Below, in pieces: positions 9,455 through 19,416 of a stretch of 64,000 nucleotides of DNA. The notes beneath the pieces were generated by a model. That model was not told the origin of the DNA. It made no database searches and was given only the letters and a program-made list of their open reading frames with translations. The translations under genes were made by a program, and so were the position numbers. Within the stretch, counting starts at the first letter, position 1, and every line of letters starts with the position of its first letter. The DNA comes from an uncultured Planctomycetales bacterium (GTDB lineage Bacteria > Planctomycetota > Planctomycetia > Pirellulales > S012-138), in assembly GCA_937982665.1 (NCBI GenBank), contig CALJLD010000085.1, positions 8,301 to 72,300 on the forward strand, in the 5' to 3' direction.

Positions 9455-12097
9455 TTGGGGCGTGAATCTTTGGGAACGCACACGGAAGACTCCGAATCCG
9501 TCGAAGACACTGCCGAGTTGCGGACAGCGACTAAGGATTCAGCGGGCAATTCCGCCGACACGGATCGAGATCAATCCGAGCCTCATGGTGTTGGTCTCTT
9601 TGCTCTTCAACACGGCCAAGGAGTTCAAACGCCGTTACTGTGGGTGCTGTTTGCCGCGGCTGTTGGGATCATGCTTGATCGATGGCTTGAAGTTCCCATT
9701 GGCATCTGGCTGGCACTGCTTGCAGTCGCATTGCTGGCCAGCTGGATTTGCCGCAGCAAGAGCGGCATGCGAAGGCGATTAGCAAGTTTGAGCCTTGCGG
9801 TTGCGGTTCTTTGTCTGGGCGGGGGTTGGCACCACGTCCACTGGTTTCTCTTTCCAAGCAACGACCTTGCCAGTTTCTCACAGAATGCGCCCCAGCCGGC
9901 TGCGGTTCGCGGGATTATCGCGTCGCTGCCTGAAGTGCGTCCTGCGCCGGCATTCGATCCATTGCAACTTGCGGCCGCCGAGGAACGCACTCAGTTTGAT
10001 CTGCAGGCGACAGAAATCCGCGTTGGTGGCCTGTGGCAACCGGCCAGCGGATTGTGTTCGGTCATGGTTGAAGGTCGGCTCGCGGAGTTCCTGCCTGGTG
10101 ACCGCATTCAAGTCTTTGGACAACTGAGCCGCCAGCAACCAGCAGGCAATCCAGGCGAATTCGACTTTGCTGCTGATCATCGCGCGGAAGGACGTTTGAC
10201 GGCTTTGCGGGCTCCCCAGCCTGAGGGTGTGACACTTCTCGATAATGGCGACGAGTTCAACTATCGCCGAGGGATCGCGAAGATCCGGCGGTCATGTCGA
10301 AACTCGATCGACAAGTATCTACCAAGAGAACTGGCGGGATTCGCGGCAGCCTTGTTGATCGGCGAACGGCAAGACCTTGGCACATCTCGGCGTGACGCGT
10401 TCTTGATGACGAATTCAATGCACTTCCTTGCCATCTCCGGATTGCACATCGGAATCCTGGCAGCAGGGTTGTTCGCGCTTCTCAGACTTGGTTGGGTGCC
10501 GCGACGCTGGGCACTGGGGTCCGTCGTGATTGTGACATTCGCGTACTTGATTATCTCTGGCGCACAGCCGCCAGCGGTCAGATCGTTCATTCTGGCGGCC
10601 GTTGTTTGCGGTGGACTTCTGCTAAACCGATCATGGGTTGGCTTGAACAGCCTGGCATTGGCGGGGTTGTTTGTCCTTGCAGTCAATCCCAATGATTTGT
10701 TTCGCGTTGGGCCGCAACTTTCGTTCCTTGCCGTGCTCACGCTAATGACCGTTGCGCCGTACTGTGCGCGGCTGGGGACAATCCGTGATCCACTGCTGCA
10801 GCTGATTCACCAGAATTCCCCTTGGCCGCGTAGGGCGATTCGGTGGCTGGCCGTGATCTATCTGCGGGGAGCTTTGATTTCACTGTGCGTTTGGTTGGTC
10901 ACGCTGCCGCTGGTTGCCGCGAGATTCCATTTGCTTTCGCCAGTGGCCTCGCCTTTAAGCCCAATCATTTGGCCGCTGATTGCCATCGCTCTCTTTTCCG
11001 GATTTGGTGTGTTGGCGTTTGGGTCGTGGCTGCCGCCGGTCGCGATATGTTTTGCCTGGGTTGCCCAACAGATGCTGAACATCATTGACTGGTGTGTAGA
11101 TACTGCTGCCGGCATCCGTGGCAGTCATGCTTGGGTTTCCGGTCCGGACGACTGGTGGCTCGTCGGTTTCTATTTGCTTGTCTGTGGATTGATGATCTTT
11201 CGCCCGCGACGGCGAATGTTGATTGCTACTACCGCTGTGCTGGTGGTATGGCTGAGCGTCGGCGCGATCGATGGGCTAACACTCAACGAAAGGCCTGTTG
11301 GCACGCTCCGCTGCACTGTCTTATCCATGCGACACGGCTGTTGCGTCGTGCTTGAATTGCCAGATCAACAAGTGCTCGTGTACGACGCCGGAAGGCTAGG
11401 TTCGCCGCGCGGAGCAGTTCAATCGATCTCTGCGTTCCTTTGGGCACGCGGAATCGGCAAGATTGATCATCTCGTGGTTTCGCATGACGATGCCGACCAC
11501 TTCAACGCCGTTCCCGGCTTGATCAAGCGCGACTTCGGAATTGCCCAGGTGCACACGCCACCGCGTATGCTGGACGGCGAATTGAGTGCGGCAACGGCGG
11601 CGCTACGCGATGCCATCCAAGATTCGCGCGTTTCGACTTCGCAAGTTCACCGCGGCCAGGTCCTGATGCAAAGCTTGAACGAAGAGCATCCATATCGCGT
11701 TGCGGTGTTGCACCCGCCCGAGACCGCATTCGACGGCAGTGACAATTCCCAAAGCATCGTTTTGTTGATCGAATACGCTGGCCGGACGATCTTGTTACCT
11801 GGCGACTTGGAGCCGCCCGGCTTGGAGATGGTACTCGCTACTGAGCCCATCGATTCTGATTTCTTGCTGGCGCCGCATCATGGCAGTCGCAGCAGTGACC
11901 CGCCCGGCTTTGCTGCCTGGTGCCAGCCAGATTTGACTGTGATTAGCGGCGGTAGAAATTTCGCGGTCGACGATGTCACAGAGGATTATCGTCGTGCCGG
12001 ATCAAAGGTCTTCCATACTGCCGAACACGGGGCTGTCACGTACACGATTGATGCCAATGGAGAGGCGTCGTTTACTACACATTTGCAGGGCAATTAG
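9455..12097 (+). CDS. comEC: DNA internalization-related competence protein ComEC/Rec2 with C-terminal metallo-beta-lactamase domain
   Basis: 880 aa, polytopic. The competence-domain motif ISGLHIGILAAGLF is followed by many TM helices, and a C-terminal MBL fold carries HDDADHFNA and LAPHHGSRSS. The exact start within the ORF is uncertain. Confidence 0.8.
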   Translation: MGRESLGTHTEDSESVEDTAELRTATKDSAGNSADTDRDQSEPHGVGLFALQHGQGVQTPLLWVLFAAAVGIMLDRWLEVPIGIWLALLAVALLASWICRSKSGMRRRLASLSLAVAVLCLGGGWHHVHWFLFPSNDLASFSQNAPQPAAVRGIIASLPEVRPAPAFDPLQLAAAEERTQFDLQATEIRVGGLWQPASGLCSVMVEGRLAEFLPGDRIQVFGQLSRQQPAGNPGEFDFAADHRAEGRLTALRAPQPEGVTLLDNGDEFNYRRGIAKIRRSCRNSIDKYLPRELAGFAAALLIGERQDLGTSRRDAFLMTNSMHFLAISGLHIGILAAGLFALLRLGWVPRRWALGSVVIVTFAYLIISGAQPPAVRSFILAAVVCGGLLLNRSWVGLNSLALAGLFVLAVNPNDLFRVGPQLSFLAVLTLMTVAPYCARLGTIRDPLLQLIHQNSPWPRRAIRWLAVIYLRGALISLCVWLVTLPLVAARFHLLSPVASPLSPIIWPLIAIALFSGFGVLAFGSWLPPVAICFAWVAQQMLNIIDWCVDTAAGIRGSHAWVSGPDDWWLVGFYLLVCGLMIFRPRRRMLIATTAVLVVWLSVGAIDGLTLNERPVGTLRCTVLSMRHGCCVVLELPDQQVLVYDAGRLGSPRGAVQSISAFLWARGIGKIDHLVVSHDDADHFNAVPGLIKRDFGIAQVHTPPRMLDGELSAATAALRDAIQDSRVSTSQVHRGQVLMQSLNEEHPYRVAVLHPPETAFDGSDNSQSIVLLIEYAGRTILLPGDLEPPGLEMVLATEPIDSDFLLAPHHGSRSSDPPGFAAWCQPDLTVISGGRNFAVDDVTEDYRRAGSKVFHTAEHGAVTYTIDANGEASFTTHLQGN

Positions 12098-12184
12098 CAG
12101 CAGAAAGCGATCCGAGCGACTTCCTGAGTACGATGCCTGCGACCTTGCGTTATACTTGCGTTGACCCAAGTTCTTGTGCCATAA

Positions 12185-14056
12185 GTGGATCGGTGGATCA
12201 TGTTGCAACAGGCATGTCTTTCTTGCTGTAGAGTATTCGCGTGCTTTGCGGTTCTTGTCCTATGCGCGCCGGGAATCGCCACGGCCCAAGACGACCAGCA
12301 GGCCGACCAACAGGCCGCACTGGGCGAGATGCGGGAGCAACTCAAGGAAGCAGGTTCGCTGACCACGCAAGGGAAATACACCGAAGCTCAAGTCATTGCC
12401 GAAAGGGTTCAGCGGCAACTTGCCACACTCGCGGCAAGTGACGAACGGAACGTGCAACTTGAGCGGAGCGTTGAAGCGTTGCTCACGCGATTGGAAGTCA
12501 TTCGCCGTGTTCTCAAGCGAAACGGCACGGAGATGGACGCCTGGCCATCTGCGGATGGTGAATCCACCGTCAGTTTCAGCGCGGACATCGCGCCAATCTT
12601 CATTGCCAAGTGCAACAATTGCCATGTCCAGGGGAACCGCGGTGGTTTCAGCCTGGCAAGTTTTGAGGCACTCATGGCCGGCGCGAATGGCCTGGTCGTT
12701 GTGCGTCCCAACAACGTGACAGGCAGTCGCCTGGTTGATGTTCTGGAGACGGGCGACATGCCGCGCGGCGGCGGTACGATGACAGCGGAAGAAATGACGT
12801 CAATCAAGACTTGGATCAACGAAGGCGCCAAGTTCGACGGTGCAGATCCAGCCGCATCGATCACGCAACTGGCTGCCGGTGATACGCCAGCCAACGCCCC
12901 CGGTATGCCGGAGGCGCCGGAACTTGTGCGGGCGACTGGCGACGAAGCGGTCCTTTTTTCGCGCGACATTGCACCTGTCATCGCCGAACAATGCTTGAAT
13001 TGTCACGGAGCGAATAACCCCTCGGGTCAGCTAGGGTTGGATACGTTTACGCGGATTCTCCGCGGTGGACAGGGGGGACCGATGATCGTCGCCGGTAAAC
13101 CCGACGAGAGCTTACTGATCCGCAAGCTGAATGGGATGGCAGACGGTCAGCGAATGCCGCTGCGGCGACCACCGCTTGCCGATGATGTGATGGCCAAATT
13201 CACGGCCTGGATTGCCGATGGCGCCAAATTCGATGGACCAGATGCCGCAACACCAACGGCAACCGTAGCGCAACTTTTCCGTGTCTCGCAAATGTCGTTT
13301 GACGAGGTAAGTGCCGAACGCGCGACAGCGGCCGAACAGATGTGGCGCACCGCCCATCCTGGTATTGAACCTGCCAAGCACGAGAGTGAGCACTTCCTCG
13401 CGTTGGGCACCGCAAACGATTCTCGCCTGGCGGAACTCACGCAATTGGCCGAAAGCCAGTGGTCGAAGATCGCGCAGAATTTCCGTCTTCGCGATGATTG
13501 GCCGCTGGGTGGGCGGGTAACGGTCTTTGTATTTGATCGACGCTTCGAGTACTCCGAGTTCGGCCGCATGGTCGAGCGACGAACAGTGCCGCGAACAGCG
13601 CTTGCCAGTCGTCGCTACAACACCGTCGAGGCCTATGTGGCATTGTTGGCTGACGGTGAAGTTGAGAACGAATCGTTGCCGGCAGTTCTTACTGAGCAGA
13701 TCGCCGGACTGTACTTGAGCAGTCTTGGGCAAACCCCCGATTGGTTTTCCGGAGGCGTTGCCCGCGAAGTCACAGCTCGACTGCATCCAAGAGATGCTTC
13801 TGTTCGCGGTTGGATCGAGACAGCGCCGGCGGCCAAAGCCCAAGTCCGCAATGCAAACGCACTGCTCAACGGCAACCTTCCGCAGGAATCTGCCGCGGCA
13901 CTGGAGCACAATTTCGCGGTGTTCTTAATGCAAAACGGCGGCGGCTTTCAAAACCTGCTCCGTCTGTTGCGGGAAGGAACAGAATTTGAAGCGGCTTTCG
14001 CCCAAGCGTTCAACGCCGCACCGAACCAGGCTGCCGAGGCATGGCTGCGGCAATAG
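12185..14056 (+). CDS. secreted Planctomycete-type cytochrome c (PSCyt1) repeat protein
   Basis: Signal peptide, then three PSCyt1-like repeats (DIAPIFIAKCNNCH..., DIAPVIAEQCLNCHG..., PMIVAGKPDESLLIRKL...) with heme-type CxxCH, and a C-terminal region I did not recognise. Confidence 0.7.
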   Translation: MDRWIMLQQACLSCCRVFACFAVLVLCAPGIATAQDDQQADQQAALGEMREQLKEAGSLTTQGKYTEAQVIAERVQRQLATLAASDERNVQLERSVEALLTRLEVIRRVLKRNGTEMDAWPSADGESTVSFSADIAPIFIAKCNNCHVQGNRGGFSLASFEALMAGANGLVVVRPNNVTGSRLVDVLETGDMPRGGGTMTAEEMTSIKTWINEGAKFDGADPAASITQLAAGDTPANAPGMPEAPELVRATGDEAVLFSRDIAPVIAEQCLNCHGANNPSGQLGLDTFTRILRGGQGGPMIVAGKPDESLLIRKLNGMADGQRMPLRRPPLADDVMAKFTAWIADGAKFDGPDAATPTATVAQLFRVSQMSFDEVSAERATAAEQMWRTAHPGIEPAKHESEHFLALGTANDSRLAELTQLAESQWSKIAQNFRLRDDWPLGGRVTVFVFDRRFEYSEFGRMVERRTVPRTALASRRYNTVEAYVALLADGEVENESLPAVLTEQIAGLYLSSLGQTPDWFSGGVAREVTARLHPRDASVRGWIETAPAAKAQVRNANALLNGNLPQESAAALEHNFAVFLMQNGGGFQNLLRLLREGTEFEAAFAQAFNAAPNQAAEAWLRQ

Positions 14057-14081
14057 CGCCAAGCAAAGCGCTCTTCTTGTG

Positions 14082-14810
14082 TCATGCAGGCTTCCGGGCG
14101 AAGACTGCAGCGACGCCATGTGGCAATTGGTAGTTGGGCAGCTTGCGAACTACGCGTGCTTTATGGCCGATCTTTCGCAAGCTCCCGGCAATCTCGCTGG
14201 CTTTGTACAGGCGCTGGACGTGTGTTTCCTCGGCACGGCGATAGGATCGGCCGACTTTGCGAAACGAGACAATCTGCCGCGTTAAAGTTTGGCGAGACTT
14301 GTCATGTTCGTACTTGGCCACACAGGCCCAATCGTCGCCTTCGACGAATGACTGCTTTGAAGCCGTGTGCCGTCCCGGTTCAGCAAAGTCCAGAATGAAC
14401 CAACCCCCTGGCCGCAAGGCTTTGAAGACTTTGCGAAAGAACGCGTTCAATGACGTCTTCTTGTTGTTGGGATCAAACAAATAGTTGATCACCTCGCCGA
14501 TCGCCAAGGCGGCGTGACATTCGGGGATCTCAGCTTCAAGGAAACTCCCCTGGCGGTAGGTTGTTTGCTTGTCACGTGCTCTCGCCAGGGCAATCATCTC
14601 GGCTGAATAATCGATGCCGAGCGTTTTGAACCCTGCTTTGGCAAGAGCATGTGCTGAGACTCCGCTACCGCACCCCAAATCCACAACCAGCTTCTCTTTC
14701 GTCGCCTCGCCAAGCAATGGAAGGATCGCTTGAGTCATCCTGCGGACGTGGTGGCAAAACCCCACATCATGGATGTACGCCAGGTCAGCCGCGTAATAGT
14801 CCTTGCTCAC
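14082..14810 (-). CDS. class I SAM-dependent methyltransferase
   Basis: Motif I VVDLGCGSGVSAHALAKAGF and post-I/II acidic residues; 242 aa. Confidence 0.75.
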   Translation of the reverse strand: MSKDYYAADLAYIHDVGFCHHVRRMTQAILPLLGEATKEKLVVDLGCGSGVSAHALAKAGFKTLGIDYSAEMIALARARDKQTTYRQGSFLEAEIPECHAALAIGEVINYLFDPNNKKTSLNAFFRKVFKALRPGGWFILDFAEPGRHTASKQSFVEGDDWACVAKYEHDKSRQTLTRQIVSFRKVGRSYRRAEETHVQRLYKASEIAGSLRKIGHKARVVRKLPNYQLPHGVAAVFARKPA

Positions 14811-14896
14811 AGCTATTCGGCCATTGTTGCGAATGCGCGGACGTTGACCAAATTGTGGTCAACGGTCAAACCGGCTGGACTGCCACACCGGCTGGC

Positions 14897-15706
14897 TTAC
14901 GGCCGCCGATCACGGATTTGAGCGTGGCAGTCATCGCAGCTTTTGGTGAGACGAGTGGCTGCTTCCTCGGCCGTCATTTGATCTTTGGCTTTGGCCGCCG
15001 CGTTTAGCGACTTGGCAGAGTCCCGCATCTCCAGGGAAAGGTCACTCCAGACCTTCTTCAAATCGTCACTCAAATCTTGCGGCGCTAGATAGCGAGTCTC
15101 ATGACCGACCACTGCGAGGAAAGCGGCGTTCTGCGCGACCGGATCAGGCCGGCGCTCGAGCCGGCGCATGCCACGACTGACGCTACTGAGCGACAATTGG
15201 ACTTGATTCATCAAGTCATACATTTGATCCGTGCAGCCCCATTCGGGCACCGCGCGCTCCGAGTCAGCCCCGGCTTCCAGGGCGTGCTTCAATTCACCCA
15301 ATGCTGATGTCGCGGCGGCGTGCTCGCTGGCTGAATACAAATCGCCTGCCGCTTTATGGGCCGCCGCGAATTGTGACGCAGTTTTGCCATCAGGAAGCTG
15401 ATCATGTCGCGCCAGCGCCAACGCCAGGGCTTGGATCGACTCGGCCAACTCACCCACGCGAGTCCTGCGATCGTCTTTCGCAAATTCATCCGCGTCATCA
15501 ACGATCGACGCGACCTCGGCCGTGTATGTTCCGACGATCGCGATCAAGTCCTCGGCTGCGGCGAAGCTCGAAACCGGCACTTCCCCTTCCTGACGGAACG
15601 CGGAAAGGCCAACCGCGCTCAAGCAGGCAAAACAAACGGCGGAAAAGGCCGCAGCGCGGCAGAATCGACGCAATGGGGGGCTTGCGGGTTTCATTCGGTC
15701 TCGCAA
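14897..15706 (-). CDS. secreted cytochrome c class II (cytochrome c'-like) domain protein with N-terminal helical extension
   Basis: Signal peptide and an Ala-rich helical composition. There is a single CxxCH (KSCDDCHAQIRD) a few residues from the C-terminus, which is the placement typical of cytochrome c'/c556. Confidence 0.5.
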   Translation of the reverse strand: MRDRMKPASPPLRRFCRAAAFSAVCFACLSAVGLSAFRQEGEVPVSSFAAAEDLIAIVGTYTAEVASIVDDADEFAKDDRRTRVGELAESIQALALALARHDQLPDGKTASQFAAAHKAAGDLYSASEHAAATSALGELKHALEAGADSERAVPEWGCTDQMYDLMNQVQLSLSSVSRGMRRLERRPDPVAQNAAFLAVVGHETRYLAPQDLSDDLKKVWSDLSLEMRDSAKSLNAAAKAKDQMTAEEAATRLTKSCDDCHAQIRDRRP

Positions 15707-15724
15707 ATAGCGGAATAAGTTGGA

Positions 15725-15916
15725 CTATTCGTCCTGTTTTGGCGGCACCTGGCCATGCCGGATTTGCTCGATCCGCTCTCGGTGGTTCATAAACATCTGG
15801 GTCAACCCAAAGATCAGGCTCAAGCCCATCCCAGCGAAGACGATCCACAGCCAGAAGGGAAACCCGGCCATGATGTCGATTATGGATGTACTTGAGGCTT
15901 CTGCGAGGAGGAGCAT
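15725..15916 (-). CDS. small single-pass membrane protein (hypothetical)
   Basis: 63-aa product MLLLAE...FWLWIVFAGMGLSLIFGL... with a charged tail. A strong RBS (AAGGAG, 6-nt spacer) precedes the chosen ATG at 15916. Confidence 0.45.
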   Translation of the reverse strand: MLLLAEASSTSIIDIMAGFPFWLWIVFAGMGLSLIFGLTQMFMNHRERIEQIRHGQVPPKQDE

Positions 15917-16269
15917 GGAAATCTCCTTGTTTGGCGATCGAATGGGGAGAGCCAGGCCGTTTTGCGGAAGGCAGTCCAGGATACTCGATTGCGCGTCGGG
16001 GTGGAAACTCTGACTGGAAGAAAGTGAGGGAGGTGTTTCGTTCGCCACGCCCAACGCTTGCCAACAAAACCCGTTCTTTGGGTGTTTTTTCGGCAGCGGT
16101 ACGAACTAGCGCAATGCGACGTAATCTCTTGAGAATGGCCAACTTGGGCATTACGATCTCAAGCACCGCTATCGCAGATTTCGGGCAAGCGCGACCGAAT
16201 GCGAGTCACGAATGATTCGCGGCTCGCGTTGGTGCTCGGCCCAATGCAATTTTCACGCTCATTCTTCCC

Positions 16270-18591
16270 ATGACTTACGTTGATTGGCTCGTTCTTGGCG
16301 GCTATTTCCTGATAATGGCCGCGATTGGTCTTTGGGCCATGCGCAAGGTCAAAGCCCAAGAAGACTATTTCATGGGCGGAAGGTCATTCGGCAAGGTCAT
16401 TCAAGCGTTTGCAGCATTTGGCGCGGGGACTGGCGCCAATGACCCCGTAGCGCTGGGTAAGACGACTTTCACCAGCGGACTTTCTGGAATCTGGAGCGTC
16501 TTGCTTTGGCTGTTCATTACGCCGTTCTACTGGATCTTTGGAGTCTGGTATCGGCGGATGCGGCATCTCACCCTGGGCGACTGGTTTGTTGAGCGGTACG
16601 AGAGCAAGGGACTCGGCGCCGCCTACGCGCTGTTCGCCATCTATTTCTACATGCTGTATTTGTCAGTTGCGTTTTCCGCCGTTGGCAAAGTGGTGACGCC
16701 GTTGATTGGCAAGACCGTGGCGCTGCCGATGTTTGGTGACGTGGATGTCTTTTATGTCGTGCTGCCGATCATGGGCGTTGTGATCATGATCTACGGCATC
16801 CTGGGCGGATTGCGCGCGGCCTATTTGACGGACCTGATCCAAGGCGTGCTGATCATCCTGTTGTCCGTGATCCTGATTCCCACCGGACTCCAGTTGCTGG
16901 CCAAAGATGCCGGCTCCACTTCCATCTCCGCAGGCTTCACGGAGATGCACGAGCGGATTTCGCCAGACTACTTTCAGATCATTGGTTCAGCAGGGAGCAG
17001 CGAGTTTCCGCTGTACTACATTGTGGCGATCGTGTTGCTCAATCTGTTGGGCATTGTCGTTCAGCCGCACTTTATCGCGACAGGCGGTGGCTCGGCCAAG
17101 ACGGAGAATAGCGCCAGAGTTGGCCTGGTGGCCGGAAACTTCATGAAGCGGTTTTGTACCGTTGGCTGGGCGTTCACCGGCTTAATTGTGTTGGCTTTGT
17201 TTGCCAGCGATATGCGGATCGTCCAAGACCCGGATCAGGCGTGGGGGGTCGCCTCGCAAGAAATCTTGGGCAGCGATTTGCTTGTCCCGGGGCTCGTGGG
17301 ATTGATGCTCGCCTGCTTGCTGGCCGCGCTGATGTCGTCCGCGGACTGCTATATGCTCGTTACGTCGGCACTCGTCGTTCGCAATATCTATGCGCCGTAT
17401 ATCAATCCGAACATCACGGAGAAACAAGGCGTCTTGGCAGGCAGGATTGTGGGCGCGGTGATCATCACCGGCGCTATGATCCTGGCGATGCTCTATCGCG
17501 ACGTTTTCGGCCAGTTGAAAGCCACTTGGGAAATCACGGCAATCTTCTTTGGCACGTTCTGGGTGGGAATCTTCTGGCGGCGGGCGACAAAATGGGCCGC
17601 CTGGCTGACGGTGATTGTCTCAACGCTGTTGTTCTTCTTGCTGCCGATTTTCTTGCCCTATTTGAGTTCCGGGCTTCGCCAAGACCAGCAATTTGCCGCG
17701 ACAAATCGGATCGTCGAGAGCTACGCCCTGCGACCTGCCTCGAAGGTGGACGTGGAACGCCGCAACGCGGTGATTGCCATGCGTGATAACATTCAAGCCA
17801 ATCCTGACGAAGCGGCCGGGGACACTCTCGAACAGAAACTGGCACCGGTACGAAAGGCGCTGGGTGACTTTGGGTTCGTTCCCACTCGCTTCCGCATTCC
17901 CGCAGAAACTGAGAATGCGGATGCGGCACGATACATCGTGGACTCCTATGAACCAGGGATTGACGGCTTCACGCCGGAAGTTGAACAGTTTGACGTTGGC
18001 GATGAAATCCTGGTCCGTGTAGTCAAGTCCGGTGGAAGCAGCATCTTTTGGACAAAGCCGCCTGTGGCCCTCAAGCGAGACGATCCAAGCTACGAGAACG
18101 ATACGTTCCTTGAACTTGCCGAGGTCACGGTTGAAGACAACACAACCCACTTGGTGATGTATCGCCGCGGCGAGTACGAAGGCCAAGGCGACTTCAATCT
18201 CGACTTCATGCTCTACGAATGGATGGGGCTCGACCTGACTTCGTATTCCAACGCAATGCTTGAGACGCTTCGCTTGCCGGCCAAGATTATTACTCCGTTT
18301 GTGATCATGATTCTGTTCAGCCTGATCACGCCCCGGAACAACAAACAGTCGCTGGACCGGTACTACGTGAAGATGCGCACACCGGTCGAACCCGATCCGA
18401 AGAATGATCAGGCGGCACTGCAAGAGTCTTACGCAAATCCCCAGCGCTTTGATGACAAGAAGCTGTTCCCCAACAGCAGTTTTGAATTCAACAAACCTTC
18501 ACTCGCGGACGTGGTGGGTTTCTTAATTAGCCTGGCGGTTTGTTTTCTGATACTTTGGTTTGCCGTCTGGTTGGCAAATTACACACCTTAA
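16270..18591 (+). CDS. sodium:solute symporter (SSS family) with long C-terminal extension
   Basis: N-terminal ~520 aa show the SSS signature (GGRSFG, many TM helices). An extra ~200-aa hydrophilic domain plus two C-terminal TM helices follow. Confidence 0.8.
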   Translation: MTYVDWLVLGGYFLIMAAIGLWAMRKVKAQEDYFMGGRSFGKVIQAFAAFGAGTGANDPVALGKTTFTSGLSGIWSVLLWLFITPFYWIFGVWYRRMRHLTLGDWFVERYESKGLGAAYALFAIYFYMLYLSVAFSAVGKVVTPLIGKTVALPMFGDVDVFYVVLPIMGVVIMIYGILGGLRAAYLTDLIQGVLIILLSVILIPTGLQLLAKDAGSTSISAGFTEMHERISPDYFQIIGSAGSSEFPLYYIVAIVLLNLLGIVVQPHFIATGGGSAKTENSARVGLVAGNFMKRFCTVGWAFTGLIVLALFASDMRIVQDPDQAWGVASQEILGSDLLVPGLVGLMLACLLAALMSSADCYMLVTSALVVRNIYAPYINPNITEKQGVLAGRIVGAVIITGAMILAMLYRDVFGQLKATWEITAIFFGTFWVGIFWRRATKWAAWLTVIVSTLLFFLLPIFLPYLSSGLRQDQQFAATNRIVESYALRPASKVDVERRNAVIAMRDNIQANPDEAAGDTLEQKLAPVRKALGDFGFVPTRFRIPAETENADAARYIVDSYEPGIDGFTPEVEQFDVGDEILVRVVKSGGSSIFWTKPPVALKRDDPSYENDTFLELAEVTVEDNTTHLVMYRRGEYEGQGDFNLDFMLYEWMGLDLTSYSNAMLETLRLPAKIITPFVIMILFSLITPRNNKQSLDRYYVKMRTPVEPDPKNDQAALQESYANPQRFDDKKLFPNSSFEFNKPSLADVVGFLISLAVCFLILWFAVWLANYTP

Positions 18592-18605
18592 GAGAGGGGA
18601 TTGAA

Positions 18606-18956
18606 ATGGAACTCCTGCTGGTTGGCTTGATGGGTATTGCGGGACTCGTTTCGTTTGTTTGTTTTATTGTTGTCGTCGTCAAGATGTTCCAAAATGGACA
18701 AACTGGACTTGGAGTTGCCTCGATCGTACTCGCGTTCTGTACCGGAATCATCGGGTACATTATTACACTTGTTGTTGGCTGGCAAAACGCGGATGCTTGG
18801 AAGATTAGAAACGTGATGATGATCTACACGTTGTCATTCATTGTTCAACTTGTCGCGTTCATTGCGGTTTGGGCCATGTTCGGTTTGGCAATGTTTGGAC
18901 TCGGAGAAGATCTCCAAAATCAAATGCAGAACCAGCAATTCAACGGTGGTTTTTGA
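18606..18956 (+). CDS. small polytopic membrane protein (hypothetical)
   Basis: ATG at 18606 preceded by GAGAGGGGA. The 116-aa product has three or four predicted hydrophobic helices. It overlaps the 3' end of the symporter gene in another frame, which suggests translational coupling. Confidence 0.5.
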   Translation: MELLLVGLMGIAGLVSFVCFIVVVVKMFQNGQTGLGVASIVLAFCTGIIGYIITLVVGWQNADAWKIRNVMMIYTLSFIVQLVAFIAVWAMFGLAMFGLGEDLQNQMQNQQFNGGF

Positions 18957-18985
18957 TTGCTGCCATTCTCACAGAAACAAACTCG

Positions 18986-19023
18986 CCCAGGCTGTTGAAT
19001 CATTCAGCCTGGGCGTTTTTTGT
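18986..19023 (+). terminator. rho-independent terminator
   Basis: Stem CGCCCAGGCTG / CAGCCTGGGCG with a 9-10-nt loop, followed by TTTTTTG. Confidence 0.75.
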
Positions 19024-19416
19024 GCGCTTACTTACTCGCATTGGCGCGTTGAAGAGTTGCGCCGAAGTAATTCGCATCCGCGTGGGCAATTTGTATGCGG
19101 GTGATGAGTGCGCGCCACGCGTCGATGCACGATCATGAGAACGAAGCTCAGCCACCTGCCGAAGATTTTCCCGGGGATCGCTGCGGCGGCGCGGTTTTCT
19201 CGCTCACACCCAACATGTTCCCTAGCGCGCACAGCGCTGAATATCGTATGAAATTCGTGTTGTTGCGTGCCGGTGCAGACACTGTGTTTTGCACTAGTGC
19301 GTCCACCAACTCGCTGATTCGCAAAAAACTTGACCGGCGCGCATTCGATGTATACGCCTCAAGCCTTGGTGGATAACGCCTCGGAATCAGAACGCCAATT
19401 GGCAGGCGCGAGGACG

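Noticed and set aside
8810-12097. coaB and comEC share a reading frame, separated by one stop.
   Set aside because: The stop is TAG, not TGA. The two products are unrelated and the ORFs are simply adjacent.
15498-16166. 222-aa minus-strand ORF overlapping the cytochrome c' gene start and the small membrane ORF.
   Set aside because: Arg-rich low-complexity translation in an alternative frame. The 63-aa membrane ORF with a strong RBS explains the region better.
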